Below, in pieces: positions 1 through 15,342 of a stretch of DNA of 64,000 bases (positions within the stretch are counted from its first letter, which is position 1; every line of letters begins with the position of its first letter). The notes under the pieces were generated by a model that did no database searches, was not told where the DNA came from, and was given only the letters and a program-made list of their open reading frames with translations. The position numbers and the translations under genes are program-made. The stretch comes from Octopus vulgaris. Lineage: Eukaryota. The DNA lies in contig OX597836.1 of assembly GCA_951406725.2 (NCBI GenBank), positions 18,538,001-18,602,000 of the forward strand, read 5' to 3'.

Positions 1-245
1 AAAACATATATATATATATATATATATACAGAGAGAGAGAGAAAGACATACAAAAGTACAACTAAACAGCCATACGTTGACGTATACATATATATAGAAA
101 TACGTCACGCGTACACATAAACTGCCATATTTACACATAGCGCATGCACAATCACACTTGCACATTCTCTTCCGCCATTTTCCTCTTATCCCGTTATATC
201 TGTCTTCTAATATGGCGACTAAATGCTATTTGTTTGTTTGTGCAG

Positions 246-322
246 AGGATGTGGCCGTGACCGAGTGTCCTAAGAAGGAACCTTTTACCGGAATAAAACA
301 AACGGTTGTGTTAGACAGATAA
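246..322 (+). CDS. Weak candidate (terminal?) exon, peptide (E)DVAVTECPKKEPFTGIKQTVVLDR*
   Basis: Branch-like ctaat and tttgtttgtttgtgcag acceptor precede a non-repetitive open frame ending in TAA. No homology recognised. Confidence 0.2.
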
Positions 323-518
323 GTCCTCTTAATGACCACAATTGGAAATTTCATTGATTCGTTAATGAAATCAGTAATGGCCCTTTCGTGTGTGCGCGCG
401 CGCGCGTGTGTGAATGTATGTGTGTATGTGTGTGTATCTATTTTTTACCGGTTTATATATATATATATATATATATCTTTCTCGCTCTCACACCTCTCTC
501 TACACACACACACATACA

Positions 519-573
<55 letters not shown>

Positions 574-842
574 TTCTACACGTTATGTTATATGTTTAAG
601 CAGATATTTGTCTTTATATATATGTATATATGTGTGTATGTGCATGCGCGTGTGCGTGTGACTGTCTGTCTGTCTGTATGCATGTATGTACGAATATATG
701 CACAACTACGTAAAATGGAGCCACAACTCTGATGCTAATATTTCAGTTTTATCTTGGTTTTATTGTTGCAATGAGGAAGTTGACGGAGGCAGGTGTTGAT
801 TACTGTTATCAACAGATGAACTCACGCACCTTCTGTCTTAAA

Positions 843-878
<36 letters not shown>

Positions 879-928
879 CGCTGTATACATACATACATAT
901 GTATACACACACACGCACACACACACAG

Positions 929-973
<45 letters not shown>

Positions 974-1363
974 CTCCCATGTGTGAATTTTGTCTATGTA
1001 TTCCTATTAGACAAAACTTTTAGAACATATATCTATCTACCTATTTGTCTATCTATCTCTATACACACACGCGCGCACAGGCACAGAGATATATACATAC
1101 ATACATACATACATACATACATACATACATACATACATACATACATACATACATACATACATACATACATACATACATGCGTACACCTATATTGATTTTT
1201 TCATGTAAGTGAGAACTCCATATTTGAGCCTGAGATCCTGTTCCTCGTCCTCTTCCCTTCCCGTTTCATGCAGTCCTTCATCTCCTCTTGTGCTCTATTT
1301 ATTATAGCTAACGATTTATATATTTAACTATCTACATACATATATGTGTGCGTATATATACAT

Positions 1364-1403
<40 letters not shown>

Positions 1404-1410
1404 GTATGTA

Positions 1411-1480
<70 letters not shown>

Positions 1481-1481
<1 letters not shown>

Positions 1482-1815
1482 AGAGCGTGTGCGTGAGGCG
1501 TGTACATACATACACACATAGATACATATATACGTATATACAGACGTATATATATGTACGTATGTATATACGTATTTATGTATGCATGTGTGTGTATGTA
1601 TGTATATACACTCCTCACACACACGCTCCCACAGACATACACATACACTCACACTCACATACATACCTACGTACATACATACATACATACATACATACAT
1701 ACATGCTTACATACATACATACATACATACATACATGCATGCATACATACATACATACATACATACATACATACATACATACATACATACATACATACAT
1801 ACATACATACATACA

Positions 1816-1847
<32 letters not shown>

Positions 1848-3597
1848 CATACATACATACATACATACATACATACATACATACATACATACATACATAC
1901 ATACATACATACATACATACATACATACATGCATACATACATACATACATACATACATACATACATACATACATGCATACATACATACATACATACATAC
2001 ATGCATACATACATACATACATACATACATACATACATACATACATACATACATACATACATACATACATACATACATACATACATACAAAATTGATAAA
2101 AATAGAATGGTGAACTCGCCGAAGGAAATGAAAAAAAAATGGAAAGTTTTGGAGAGCGAGTTTAATGAGCGAAAAGTTGACAAGAGAGAAATTAATGAAA
2201 CAAGGCAGATTTTTACATCCTCAAACTGGCTTCGGCTCAAGATTTTGGCGAGGTTTTCTTTAAAACCTTGTCGTCCCTAATTAATTTCTCTTCCGTTAAG
2301 TTTTCCTTGCAGAAGGACCTCGTCTAAAACGTTTTACTTTCAAGTCAACCACGGAAAATGAGACAATCATTGATTTCGCTCAATACGTTTTTCGACCAAC
2401 ACCCGCCTCTACGGAATCTGTTTAATCGTATGTGTGTGCGTGGGTGTGTGTGTGTTTGTGTTTGTGTGTGTGTGTGTGTATGAGTGTGTGAGTGTATGTC
2501 CGTGCGTGGGAAAATGTGTGGTCTGGTGGATAGGGTGTTGCTTTGACGGTCGCAAAATCCCGATTTCGATCCCGTGACCAGGTGGTGTGAGGAATTCTTG
2601 AGTAAAAAAGTTTATTTCACAAGTCTCTGCTACCACTTCGACATCTGATGTGTGGTACTCGTACAGGCAAATCGATCTGATGGAAGGAATAAGCCGATGT
2701 ACAGCACAAATATTTGATCACTATAAACAAATCTTCGGTGCACGATATTCACAAGAAATTGTGGAACCCTCATCTGTCACCCACTACAACAGAGGCCATC
2801 ATACACACACACACACGCCTGTAATGAGTATTTCTTTAGAAAACTCCGTATAGAAATTTTGTAAATTCTTAAATACGCACACACACACTAGCAATGCATC
2901 TCTGCGTTGCCCGGGTATTATGACCTGCACGCACATTGAATTATTTGCGCATTTCTTAAAGAAACACTCAATACCCCATCCCCCACCTAACCCACCCACG
3001 CATCACCTACCAGCTTTCAAAATGCTACAATCTCTCAATTTTTCATTTTTGTCTGATGTTTCCTGCATGCGTAAAATTCTACTGAAATAGTAGACTTAAA
3101 AAGAGCAGAACACGACCAGAAAACCCGACATGCTAGAAACAACAGGTAAATGACATTATTTCTGAAGAAATTTCCCTGCTTTCCAAAAAGCTAAAAGTGA
3201 AACATTGGGAGTGTGTAGCTTTTTGAAAATGGTGAGGTGATGGGTAAAATTCTTAAAGATTCGTACTCTCTGTTTTTTCTCCATGGATTACCAAGAATAA
3301 AAATTTGAAAAAAGTTAAAAATAAATTTGGTGGTTTGGAGAGGGAAAATATGAAAATCTTGAGAACGTGTTTTGTGGGTGAAATTCTAATTTTCTGTATC
3401 GCAAATATAGGAATCGGAAGAAATTTGGGAAAAAAATATGCGGGGGTGGGAATGTCACCTCGGACATGCTCGAAAGAAGAGGTAAATGACAGGATTTCTG
3501 GGAATACTTCCTTTTAAGTTTATATCGAAGATCAGGTGAAGTCTATCTCTGTCCTTGTGCTATCTCTGTCCTTGTGTGTGTCTGTCTCTGTCTTTAT
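1481..3597 (+). repeat. Direct segmental duplication, copy A
   Basis: From gagagcgtgtgcgtgaggcg to ctgtctttat the sequence recurs almost identically at 5156-7838. The ORF track shows the same peptides twice. Confidence 0.95.
2516..2733 (+). mobile_element. Old tRNA-derived SINE, family E (also in copy B at about 6776-6994)
   Basis: A-box-like tggtctggtgg and B-box-like atttcgatccc. The body matches the reverse complement of 57506-57744 (cacttcg...tacagg...cactataaacaaat). Confidence 0.6.
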
Positions 3598-3794
3598 ATT
3601 CTTCAACTCATATTCTAGAATATAGTCTCTAGTTACACACCCTAACATTCTTCTGTTCTTTGTCTTCATATTGTTTTCTTATCACCATTTTCCTTCGCCT
3701 CTATCTTTTTTCATTTCTTTTGCATCAGTTTCCAATTTTTTCTTTCTTTTCTATTTTCTTTCCTAGTTTCTTGCTTTGGTTATACTTTTCATTT

Positions 3795-3854
<60 letters not shown>

Positions 3855-3977
3855 TCAAATTCATGTTCGTTTCTTTTCCTTTTCCGTGCCACCCTCTCTT
3901 CATTTCATTCACAAAATCCTTTTATTAATGGCTGCTTGCATTTCTTTCTTTTACTTCTCCCTCTGCTTCCCCTCCTC

Positions 3978-4141
3978 TTCTTCTTCTTCTTCTTCTTCTT
4001 CTTCTTCTTCTTCTTCTTCTTCTTCTTCTTCTTCTTCTTCTTCTTCTTCTTCTTCTTCTTCTTCTTCTTCATCATCATCTTCTTCTTCTTCTTCTTCTTC
4101 TTCTTTTTCTTCTTCTTCTTATCTTTTATGCATTTGTTATT

Positions 4142-4177
<36 letters not shown>

Positions 4178-4312
4178 TTACTACTACTGCTATTACTACT
4201 ACTACTATTACTACTACTACTACTACTACTTATTATTATTATTGTTATTATTATTATTGTTGTTATTGTTCTTGTTATTGCTGTTGTTCTTGTTCTTGTT
4301 GCTGTTGTTCTT

Positions 4313-4369
<57 letters not shown>
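3978..4369. repeat. Compound trinucleotide microsatellite (TTC)n-(CTA)n-(TTA/TTG)n-(TAG)n
   Basis: Directly visible. Confidence 0.95.
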
Positions 4370-4714
4370 CAAACATTAATGCTGCATTGTGGGTAATGAA
4401 GACAGAAACAAACTAAAAAAAATAACAAATACCGCTTTGAAGAAATTCGTTCATGTCTGACATCAACATAAATAATTGGGTTTTCTGTTATGAAAGCGTT
4501 TCGTTGGTCGGAAATTATCGGTGAAGAATGTGTAAAGAAATGAAGACGAAACAACACAAAGATTTCTATTGGTGAGACAAAGTGATATTTGTTCCGTTCC
4601 ACTCCAAGGACCGTCTTCTAAGCAAACTTCCCGAATAAGGGCAATATCAGAGATTTGAGATACCGTTATCATGAATTTTCCGCTGTCTAGAAAGATTTAT
4701 TAAACGTATGAAGC

Positions 4715-4841
4715 ATACTTCTCAACCATGTAGTCTTGTGTTCGGTCCCACTGTGCGGCACCTTGGGCAAGTGTCTTCTATTATATCCCCGGGCTGACCG
4801 AAGCCTTGTGAATTGATTTGATTGACAGAAATTGAAAAGCC
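4715..4841 (+). mobile_element. Degenerate SINE family B 5' part
   Basis: gtcccactgtgcggcaccttgggcaagtgtcttcta matches the full copies at 48822 and 56370. Confidence 0.75.
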
Positions 4842-4905
<64 letters not shown>

Positions 4906-5096
4906 ATCTATCTATCTATTTATCTGTCTGTCTGTCTATTGAAAAACTCAACTTCATTAACGAATCCCAAGTTAATTCGCCGGAGATATAACTGCAAACG
5001 ACAATATAACCTTCACATAACTAAGGTATACTCAGCCTGATGAATAATTATTACTTCCAAGGATCTGTAAGCTAGGAAGCATATGAAAGCAAATAC

Positions 5097-5134
<38 letters not shown>

Positions 5135-5155
5135 TGAGTGTATGTGTATGTCTGT

Positions 5156-7838
5156 GAGAGCGTGTGCGTGAGGCGTGTACATACATACACACATAGATAC
5201 ATATATACGTATATACAGACGTATATATATGTACGTATGTATATACGTATTTATGTATGCATGTGTGTGTATGTATGTATATACACTCCTCACACACACG
5301 CTCCCACAGACATACACATACACTCACACTCACATACATACCTACTACATACATACTTACATACATACATACATACGTACATACATACATACATACATAC
5401 ATACATACATACATACATACATACATACATACATACATACATACATACATACATACATACATACATACATACATACATACATACATACATACATACATAC
5501 ATACATACATACATACATACATACATACATACATACATACATACATACATACATACATACATACATACATACATACATACATACATACATACATACATAC
5601 ATACATACATACATACATACATACATACATACATACATACATACATACATACATACATACATACATACATACATACATACATACATACATACATACATAC
5701 ATACATACATACATACATACATACATACATACATACATACATACATACATACATACATACATACACATACACACACACACACATACATACATACATACAT
5801 ACATACATACATACATACATACATACATACATACATACATACATACATACATACATACATACATACATACATACATACATACATACATACATACATACAT
5901 ACATACATACATACACACACACATACATACATACATACATACATACATACATACATACATACATACATACATACATACATACATACATACATACATACAT
6001 ACATACATACATACATACATACATACATACATACATACATACATACATACATACATACATACATACATACATACATACATACATACATACATACATACAT
6101 ACATACATACATACATACATACATACATACATACATACATACATACATACATTCATACATACATACATACATACATACATACATACATACATACATACAT
6201 ACATACATACATACATACATACATACATACATACATACATACATACATACATACATACATACATTCATACATACATACATACATACATACATACATTCAT
6301 ACATACATACATACATTCATACATACATACATACATACATACATACATACATACAAACATAAAAATAGAATGGTGAACTCGCCGAAGGAAATGAAAAAAA
6401 AATGGAAAGTTTTGGAGAGCGAGTTTAATGAGCGAAAAGTTGACAAGAGAGAAATTAATGAAACAAGGCAGATTTTTACATCCTCAAACTGGCTTCGGCT
6501 CAAGATTTTGGCGAGGTTTTCTTTAAAACCTTGTCGTCCCTAATTAATTTCTCTTCCGTTAAGTTTTCCTTGCAGAAGGACCTCGTCTAAAACGTTTTAC
6601 TTTCAAGTCAACCACGGAAAATGAGACAATCATTGATTTCGCTCAATACGTTTTTCGACCAACACCCGCCTCTACGGAATCTGTTTAATCGTATGTGTGT
6701 GCGTGGGTGTGTGTGTGTTTGTGTTTGTGTGTGTGTGTGTATGAGTGTGTGAGTGTATGTCCGTGCGTGGGAAAATGTGTGGTCTGGTGGATAGGGTGTT
6801 GCGTTGACGGTCGCAAAATCCCGATTTCGATCCCGTGACCAGGTGGTGTGAGGAATTCTTGAGTAAAAAAGTTTATTTCACAAGTCTCTGCTACCACTTC
6901 GACATCTGATGTGTGGTACTCGTACAGGCAAATCGATCTGATGGAAGGAATAAGCCGATGTACAGCACAAATATTTGATCACTATAAACAAATCTTCGGT
7001 GCACGATATTCACAAGAAATTGTGGAACCCTCATCTGTCACCCACTACAACAGAGGCCATCATACACACACACACACGCCTGTAATGAGTATTTCTTTAG
7101 AAAACTCCGTATAGAAATTTTGTAAATTCTTAAATACGCACACACACACTAGCAATGCATCTCTGCGTTGCCCGGGTATTATGACCTGCACGCACATTGA
7201 ATTATTTGCGCATTTCTTAAAGAAACACTCAATACCCCATCCCCCACCTAACCCACCCACGCATCACCTACCAGCTTTCAAAATGCTACAATCTCTCAAT
7301 TTTTCATTTTTGTCTGATGTTTCCTGCATGCGTAAAATTCTACTGAAATAGTAGACTTAAAAAAGAGCAGAACACGACCAGAAAACCCGACATGCTAGAA
7401 ACAACAGGTAAATGACATTATTTCTGAAGAAATTTCCCTGCTTTCCAAAAAGCTAAAAGTGAAACATTGGGAGTGTGTAGCTTTTTGAAAATGGTGAGGT
7501 GATGGGTAAAATTCTTAAAGATTCGTACTCTGTTTTTTCTCCATGGATTACCAAGAATAAAAATTTGAAAAAAGTTAAAAATAAATTTGGTTTGGAGAGA
7601 GAAAATATGAAAATCTTGAGAACGTGTTTTGTGGGTGAAATTCTAATTTTCTGTATCGCAAATATAGGAATCGGAAGAAATTTGGGAAAAAAATATGCAG
7701 GGGTTAGGAATGTCACCTCGGACATACTCGAAAGAAGAGGTAAATGACAGGATTTCTGGGAATACTTCCTTTTAAGTTTATATCGAAGATCAGGTGAAGC
7801 CTATCTCTGCCCTTGTGCGTGTCTGTCTCTGTCTTTAT
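5156..7838 (+). repeat. Direct segmental duplication, copy B (longer (TACA)n)
   Basis: Collinear with 1481-3597. Internal (TACA)n is about 1 kb here versus about 0.4 kb in copy A. Confidence 0.95.
5340..6355. repeat. Very long (TACA)n microsatellite
   Basis: About 1 kb of near-perfect TACA. Confidence 0.98.
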
Positions 7839-7844
7839 GTGTGT

Positions 7845-7902
<58 letters not shown>

Positions 7903-8263
7903 GTCGTCACAAAAATGTATGTACACTGACAGGCAGAAACGCTCTCACACACATACTTGTCAGTCATAGGCCTAACCTACGTCACGAACGCGCGAACGCA
8001 TAGAATATGTGACATCATCGTCGTTGTGGTGGTGGTAAAAGATGTTTACAATAGGTGATCAAAAGAAAAATGATAATCTTAAATTTTTGTAATGCAAATA
8101 CGTAAATGAAAATATAGTTTATCTGATCGGCAAAAGCTTACTGAATCTTTTGATACCCCATATCTCAAAAACGGCAACTCGATTTTCGTATGCATAAGGA
8201 ACATACGCACAAACACACATACACACACACAGACATACAAACTCTCTTTTATATATATATAAG

Positions 8264-8298
<35 letters not shown>

Positions 8299-8491
8299 TA
8301 TGTATGCATGTATATTTGTATGATGGCATTTAGGAACGTGTGTGTATGTGTGTGTCAGTACATATGGATATATATGTATATCTAAACGCGTTTTAACATT
8401 CATAAACACAGACATACATATATATGCATATGTCTGTATATGTATATTTTTAAGTATGTATGTATAAACCTTCACATAGTGGCATCGTTAA

Positions 8492-8528
<37 letters not shown>

Positions 8529-9082
8529 CACATAAACGCACGTTAACACACAGCCGCCTCTGTACACAGACATACTATTACACACGGCCATTGTTCTCCA
8601 GCTCTTAATTAACAACGATCTAAAAAGAAAAGATAAACCAGACCCTCCAACAACAGAACCGCCACCAACACCACCGCCACCGACACCACCGCTACCAACA
8701 CCGCCGCCACGACCAATAACAACAACAACAATGGCAACAACAATAACGCCAGGAGTCTATATCTCTTTTGATCCCCCATCAGTGTTCATGGTGACTACAA
8801 AAGTGGAAGTAAAGAAATTAGTTTTCTTTGCTTTATGAACAAGATGTCTCGATCTTTTCACGTGTGTAGATACGCGTGTGTGAATATCAGTGTGTGCGTG
8901 TGTGTATGTGTGTGTGCGTGTGTATATGTGTGTGCGCGTATATGTATGTATGTGTTTGTGTGTGTATATGCGTGTGTTAGACTGTGTACGTGAGTCTGCG
9001 CAAAGGAAAGTAAGAAATCATCTTTCTGCCTATGTATAAGCATACGTGCGAATCTATATTACAAACGTATATATATATATAT

Positions 9083-9227
9083 ATGTGTGTATGTGAGTGC
9101 ATGTGTATGTATGCTACATATAGTTATATACACTCGCGCATACATATATACGTATACACATATATACATACATACATACATACATACATACATACATACA
9201 TACATACATACATACATACATACACAT

Positions 9228-9304
<77 letters not shown>

Positions 9305-9370
9305 GGTATGTATGCGCGAGTGTATATAGCTATATGTAGCATACATACACATGCACTCACATACACACAT
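9083..9370. repeat. Inverted duplication (64-bp arms, 1 mismatch) around mirror-arranged microsatellites
   Basis: 9083-9146 is the reverse complement of 9307-9370. The interior runs (TACA)n-(TA)n-(TATG)n. Confidence 0.9.
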
Positions 9371-9437
9371 TTATTTAAGTATATGAATAGAAGTGCATGC
9401 ACATGTGAGTAAGCTTTTGTGTGTATTTGTGCTTGTG

Positions 9438-9495
<58 letters not shown>

Positions 9496-9955
9496 CGTGC
9501 GTACGTTAGTATGCGTTCCTGGCTCAAGAAAATATTTATGTGCCTGCGTATATGTATATACATAAGTATATACACATGTATAGGGACATATATGTCAGCG
9601 TGTACATGTGTGTACGTGCGTATGTGTATGTGTGTGTATGTGTATGCATGTGTGTCTGTTTTGTATGTAATCATGTACAAGGAGCTTAGGTACGAGAATA
9701 AAGTACTCATGGTCATGTATATTTATATACAAACATATGTAAGTATGTGTGTGTCTGCATATATATATATATATATGTGTGTGTATGTGTGTGTGTTTGC
9801 GTGTGTGTGTGTGTGTGCTGTAGTATGTGTTAATGTGTGCAAAGGAAAGTAAAAAGTTATTTATGCTTCTGTGTATAGGTATATGCATGAATATATGTAC
9901 ATATATATAGAGAGAGAGATAGATAGATATGTGTGTTTGTGAATGTGCATGAGTG

Positions 9956-10006
<51 letters not shown>

Positions 10007-10336
10007 TGTGTGTTTGTGAGTGTGTGTTTGTGAGTGTGCCTGAGTGTTTTATGTGTGTGTGTGTGTGTGTTTATTAGTTACAAGATTATTTGTCATTTCT
10101 CGATAGACTGTTTTTTGTAACATACTACAGCGTGTATTTGTTTGTCTACACAACTATCTACTAAAATACTTTTTATTTATTTATCTTTCTTTATATATAA
10201 TCTAGTATATATTATATATATGTATATAACATATATATATTATATACACACACACAAACACATCCTATATATGCATGTATATATATATTAACATATGTAT
10301 ATACATATACATACACAAAAATACATTTGGACACAT

Positions 10337-10404
<68 letters not shown>

Positions 10405-10759
10405 CCACATACTTAATAATTATGCATATATACACATATTCCTACAAATATATATATATATATCTTTACAAACATGCACTCACACACTCACATACATACA
10501 ACGTACATACATACATACATACAAGCATACATACATATATACATGCATGCATACATGCATACATACGCACACACATACATACATATATAATTCTAAAACT
10601 CCTATCGAACAAAGTAGTGTAGAGCTTAAAGCGACTGTGGATATTATAATAAATTTAATCATTACCTACTCATATTTGTCGTGCAGTTACCGCCTTCCAA
10701 TATGATATATGCGGTTGCTGAAACAATGTACAATACCACCCTTAAAAAAGACTGCCAGT

Positions 10760-12297
10760 AGATAAATATAGACGATATTTCGGTGGCTTCTATGTGTGTG
10801 TGTATTAAGAAGAAGTACAAAATGTTTCTTTATAATGAAGGAAATAAGGAAGTATTTACATTATGATTTAAATAAACAGCTACCGGTTTCAATCGCTTTA
10901 GAATGACGACCTAGTCATAATGAAATAATAATTCTGTGTGTGAAATTTGTCTGCTATGCGTTCAGGGAAGGGGCTATCCAGGTGGGATTACCATGGCAGG
11001 TTATTCTTTGAAGTATTTAAGTGCAAAATATTGCTTGTGTATGCAGGGAGAGAAGGTTTCATCCTTAATATTTCGGCGGTTATCTGTTGATTATATAATC
11101 TTTAACTTTTCAGTAATACAGAGTTTACATTTAGCACTCCGTTCTCTGTATTGTTTGGCTTTTCAATTCTATCTGGGGGTTGCTTATTCCACCTTCTTTC
11201 AATATCCATATTATGTCTGACAGGGATGTTGCATGTTTTTTTTCTTATTTTTGTCTCTGAATGACGCCACGTACTACGTATTCATTTCCTTGAAGTAGTT
11301 GCCCGACATTCAGGTATACGTTTTTACTACTCAGTTGGAGTCTGTGATCTTACCCTTGTATACGAGATCTTTCCTGAGATAGTTATTGTATTGAGCGTAG
11401 CGGTTTGGATATCTACTCTTGCATTGTCTGTCGGGGGTGTTTCTGGTGTGTTTAGATTTATTGTGACTGAGTTGAGATTATTGCCCCTATACTGGGGAGA
11501 AAACTATATCTATCTTTAATATTTTTCTGTTGAAGATCTTGTGGTATTTGTGTGAATGTGGAAAATGGTTGTCAATTAGTTTCAAGAATTTCCTAACTAT
11601 GTTAGCAGCTACATTCATGCTGTGTGGTGGATTAAACAATAAGATTTTCCTCTATCTGCGTCTTCTGGGTCTATTTATATTTGGTTCAGTGTAGTATATG
11701 CTATTCTTAAAGTTGGACCTTTCTAATGCAGCATTATAGTACGGGGGGCTTTTTTAAAAGTGACATTGTCGGTGAATAAATTGGAGACGCGCTTGCAAAT
11801 TCTGTTAACCATTTCTTTAATTATTGCTGGTAGGTGGTTGGAATCTATGTCTATGTACGAGGATTCCTCGTTTAGTTTGTAGTAGGGTTTAAATTTTCCT
11901 ATGCTGTTAATATCTAGGAAGTTGAATTCTTTAAGGTTTGTACTTATTGTGGTTCTCAGGCCTAACTGGCAAAATATTTTACATAATTTTTTTCCTTATT
12001 CTATCCATATAATGTCGGTTTTTATTGTATACTACTCCCATACATGTCGTTCCTATCTAAACCTATGTTAACCTCTTTTATTTCTTTTTTAAGGATATCT
12101 AGGATATAAAGGCCTACAAGGTCAGCTATCTCGACAGCGGCATAGCTCCCCATTACCAGTCAAATAACTCGTTTCCATTCATTTTTACCCAATAGGAATT
12201 ATCATGAAAGAGTAATGACGTCCCTGTGTTCATAATTATCTCTATATCAGTATTTGTTATAGTGACATATGCCTTACTAAATTCAAGTGCCTTCTTG
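10760..12297 (-). mobile_element. 5'-truncated, decayed Penelope-like retroelement (RT C-half, GIY-YIG endonuclease and 3' pLTR)
   Basis: Hand translation gives KKALEFSKAYVTITNTDIEIIMNTGTSLLFHDNSYWVK, MGSYAAVEIADLVGLYILDIL, GLDRND (decayed YRDD), LVYKGKI...TYT*MS (GIY-YIG), TSLSDIIWILK, KCKLCITEK and CIHKQYFALKYFKE* (stop at about 11001). Many stops and frameshifts. Confidence 0.9.
10877..10922 (-). ncRNA. Minimal hammerhead-like motif with A3:U8 core pair in the PLE 3' end
   Basis: Minus strand: catt AUGACUA GGUCG-ucauucuaaag-CGAUU GAAA CCGG UA gcug. Helix III is the palindrome ACCGGU and the triplet is GUA. Helix I is weak. Confidence 0.6.
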
Positions 12298-12423
12298 TAT
12301 ATGTATATATATCAATACACACTTACACACGTACACACACACACATATGTATATATATAAGAAATTGCATATATTACAACTCACCACGTAGGGATAATCG
12401 AAATTCCTCCCTTTCTGTTACTT

Positions 12424-12466
<43 letters not shown>

Positions 12467-12707
12467 ACCTGGAGGTATCAATATAAAAGATAACTGCTAA
12501 TATACATAGATGCATATATATATATATATATATATATATACGTATATTCACATATATATGAAGTTTTCATTTCCTTATAACTGCAGTGAAGGGCGTTTGT
12601 GTGCAAGTCATCCTTACCCCCACTCAACCGCTCTCAATTAACTTTCGTTTTGTGTGTATGTGTATACATATACATGTACATACAAAAACGCACACACATA
12701 TACACAT

Positions 12708-12740
<33 letters not shown>

Positions 12741-13079
12741 CATGCATATATACATACATTTATATGCATATGTATGTATATGTATATAAAGAAACAAATG
12801 TAGATTCCTATTTTTGTATTTTGCGTCTTTATCATTTTATGTATGTTAGAAAAAGAAGAATATGTATTTGATGTCAGTATAGAAAGCAGATTAAACTGCA
12901 CACACACAAACACGTGTACGCGCGCGCGCTCACACATATGCATACACACACACACACATGCAAGCACGCAGGCCATTGCACACATATACCCCCCCACATA
13001 CACACACACATATATGTATATAGAGAGAGTTGATACATAGATGCATGCATACATATACCCGCAAGTACAGACGGTTATC

Positions 13080-13300
<221 letters not shown>

Positions 13301-13472
13301 GGATATATGCATACATACATACATACAATACATACATATATACATACATATACATATATCTATCTATGAAGACAGAGAGTCAGTGTGTGTGAAAGAGACA
13401 GATACCTATGTATATCCTTAAACATATAAGCCTCTCTCTCTCCCTCTCTCTGTTTAAGTGTATGTATATATA

Positions 13473-13504
<32 letters not shown>

Positions 13505-13846
13505 CATATACTTAGATGTATATATGTTAATTATAGATGTGTATTCACTTGATATTAGAACATTATCAGGTATATTATTTCTTAGAGTAAATATATAAAT
13601 GCGTATGCGTGTGAATACACAAATATATATATATATATATACATTTATACATACATATGTATGCGTATGCAAACATGCATGTAATTTCGTACTTGTGTGT
13701 GTGTGAGAGTGCGTGTGTGTGTGTGTAGATTTAGACAGTGTAGGAATTAAAATATCGTTAGTAATGGTTTCTTGACTGTTAAAATTCCAATCAATCTTCG
13801 GAAGATATAACTGCAATGTGCTTTGTCGAAAGCACTCTATATTCCT

Positions 13847-13957
<111 letters not shown>

Positions 13958-14529
13958 CTTCGTGTTGTAACGTTTTTGCTTTCATTTTTAAAGCATTCAA
14001 TTATCTTCTGTGGAAGAGAGTAAGATCCCTCTCTCTCTCTTTTTCTCTGTGTTTCTGTGAGAGCTTCTCTCTTTTCCTCTCTATCTCTCGTAAATAAACA
14101 ATGACAAAAATATATACATACTTACACACACACATACAAACACACTCATATATGTGTGTATATATATACATACGTTTGTGTGTTTCTGCATGTTTGTGTG
14201 TGTGTGTGTCTGTGTGTATGTATATACACGTTTATGTTTAAATAGATAAACAGATACAGAGAAAGAGAAAGAGAGAGGGAAGAGAGAGAATTGCAAAATT
14301 AGGAATAACGATATGAAAGAGCTGATCAAACAAATTCTACTACGTTATCGCTTACAGCAACAGAAAAATATTTTAACGTTTCGTACGTCGATCTTCCACC
14401 AGAAAAGTAGAACAACAGAAAATATACCGAAAACGAAACAAAAAAAAGTGAGATAGACGCAGGACCACATTAGGTTAACACTAACATGCATATGTGTGTG
14501 TATTTGTAGGCGTGCGTCCGTATATGTGT

Positions 14530-14575
<46 letters not shown>

Positions 14576-14603
14576 TACATATATATTTTAAAATTATAAG
14601 TAT

Positions 14604-14750
14604 ATGAAAGAATGGAGTTGAACGACTAGTTAACAAATATCCTTTATTCTCGACATGTGTTTTGAAGGCTGCGTATTCCTAATTCCGAAGGAATAAGGAG
14701 TACATTATGCAGATTTCTCTTCAGGAAAATCAAGGAAACTTATGTCGACA
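14604..14750 (-). mobile_element. Short HHR-bearing repeat (PLE pLTR-like), same family as 23611-23753; core G12A decayed
   Basis: Minus strand: auuuuc CUGAAGA [long helix II with cUUCGg] AAAA CACAUG UC gagaau at 14646-14730. Confidence 0.7.
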
Positions 14751-14974
14751 TCAAAATGCACAAAAAACTTTTAGCTGACCGCTCTCAAGGAGCCCATGGC
14801 GATAATGAGTGTCTCTTTATAATATTTATAAACATACAAATTTCCGCACGAAGACACGTAGTCTATGCCCTAGGGACGTAGCTTCAACCGTGTTCTTTCT
14901 GATGTGAATTTGCTACCCAGGTATCGGTTATCTTTCGAATTATCCTTAATAAGATAATTCATTCAATTACTCAA

Positions 14975-15031
<57 letters not shown>

Positions 15032-15342
15032 TATCTATCTATCAATCTCACTATCTATTTATTTCTATATACCTGCACTAAACTCATGCGCGCGCGCGTG
15101 TCTGTATAACATTTGACTAACTCGTTAGTATGACTGATAATTAACACTTTTCCAAACAGGAGTGTGTTAATTAAGACAATAGCATGAAACCATTCCAGTT
15201 TTGATTTCTGCCTCTTGTAATTAATAAGATGAATACCTTCCTGGATTGTTAGCAAACTGCCGGTTCGATGGGTAACCTGTCCTGCTAGCTAGCTTCCGGG
15301 TGTGTAAATGGGCGGCTGACTAAAATGGTATTTCTTTATAAA

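Noticed and set aside
4463-4672. 69-aa ATG ORF in unique sequence (and open frames at 21882-22070)
   Set aside because: No recognisable domain or clear splice-site pair, and the length is within chance expectation.
14370-14406. uuuu CUGGUGG...GAAACGUU aaaa on the minus strand
   Set aside because: Two core mismatches and no convincing helix II.
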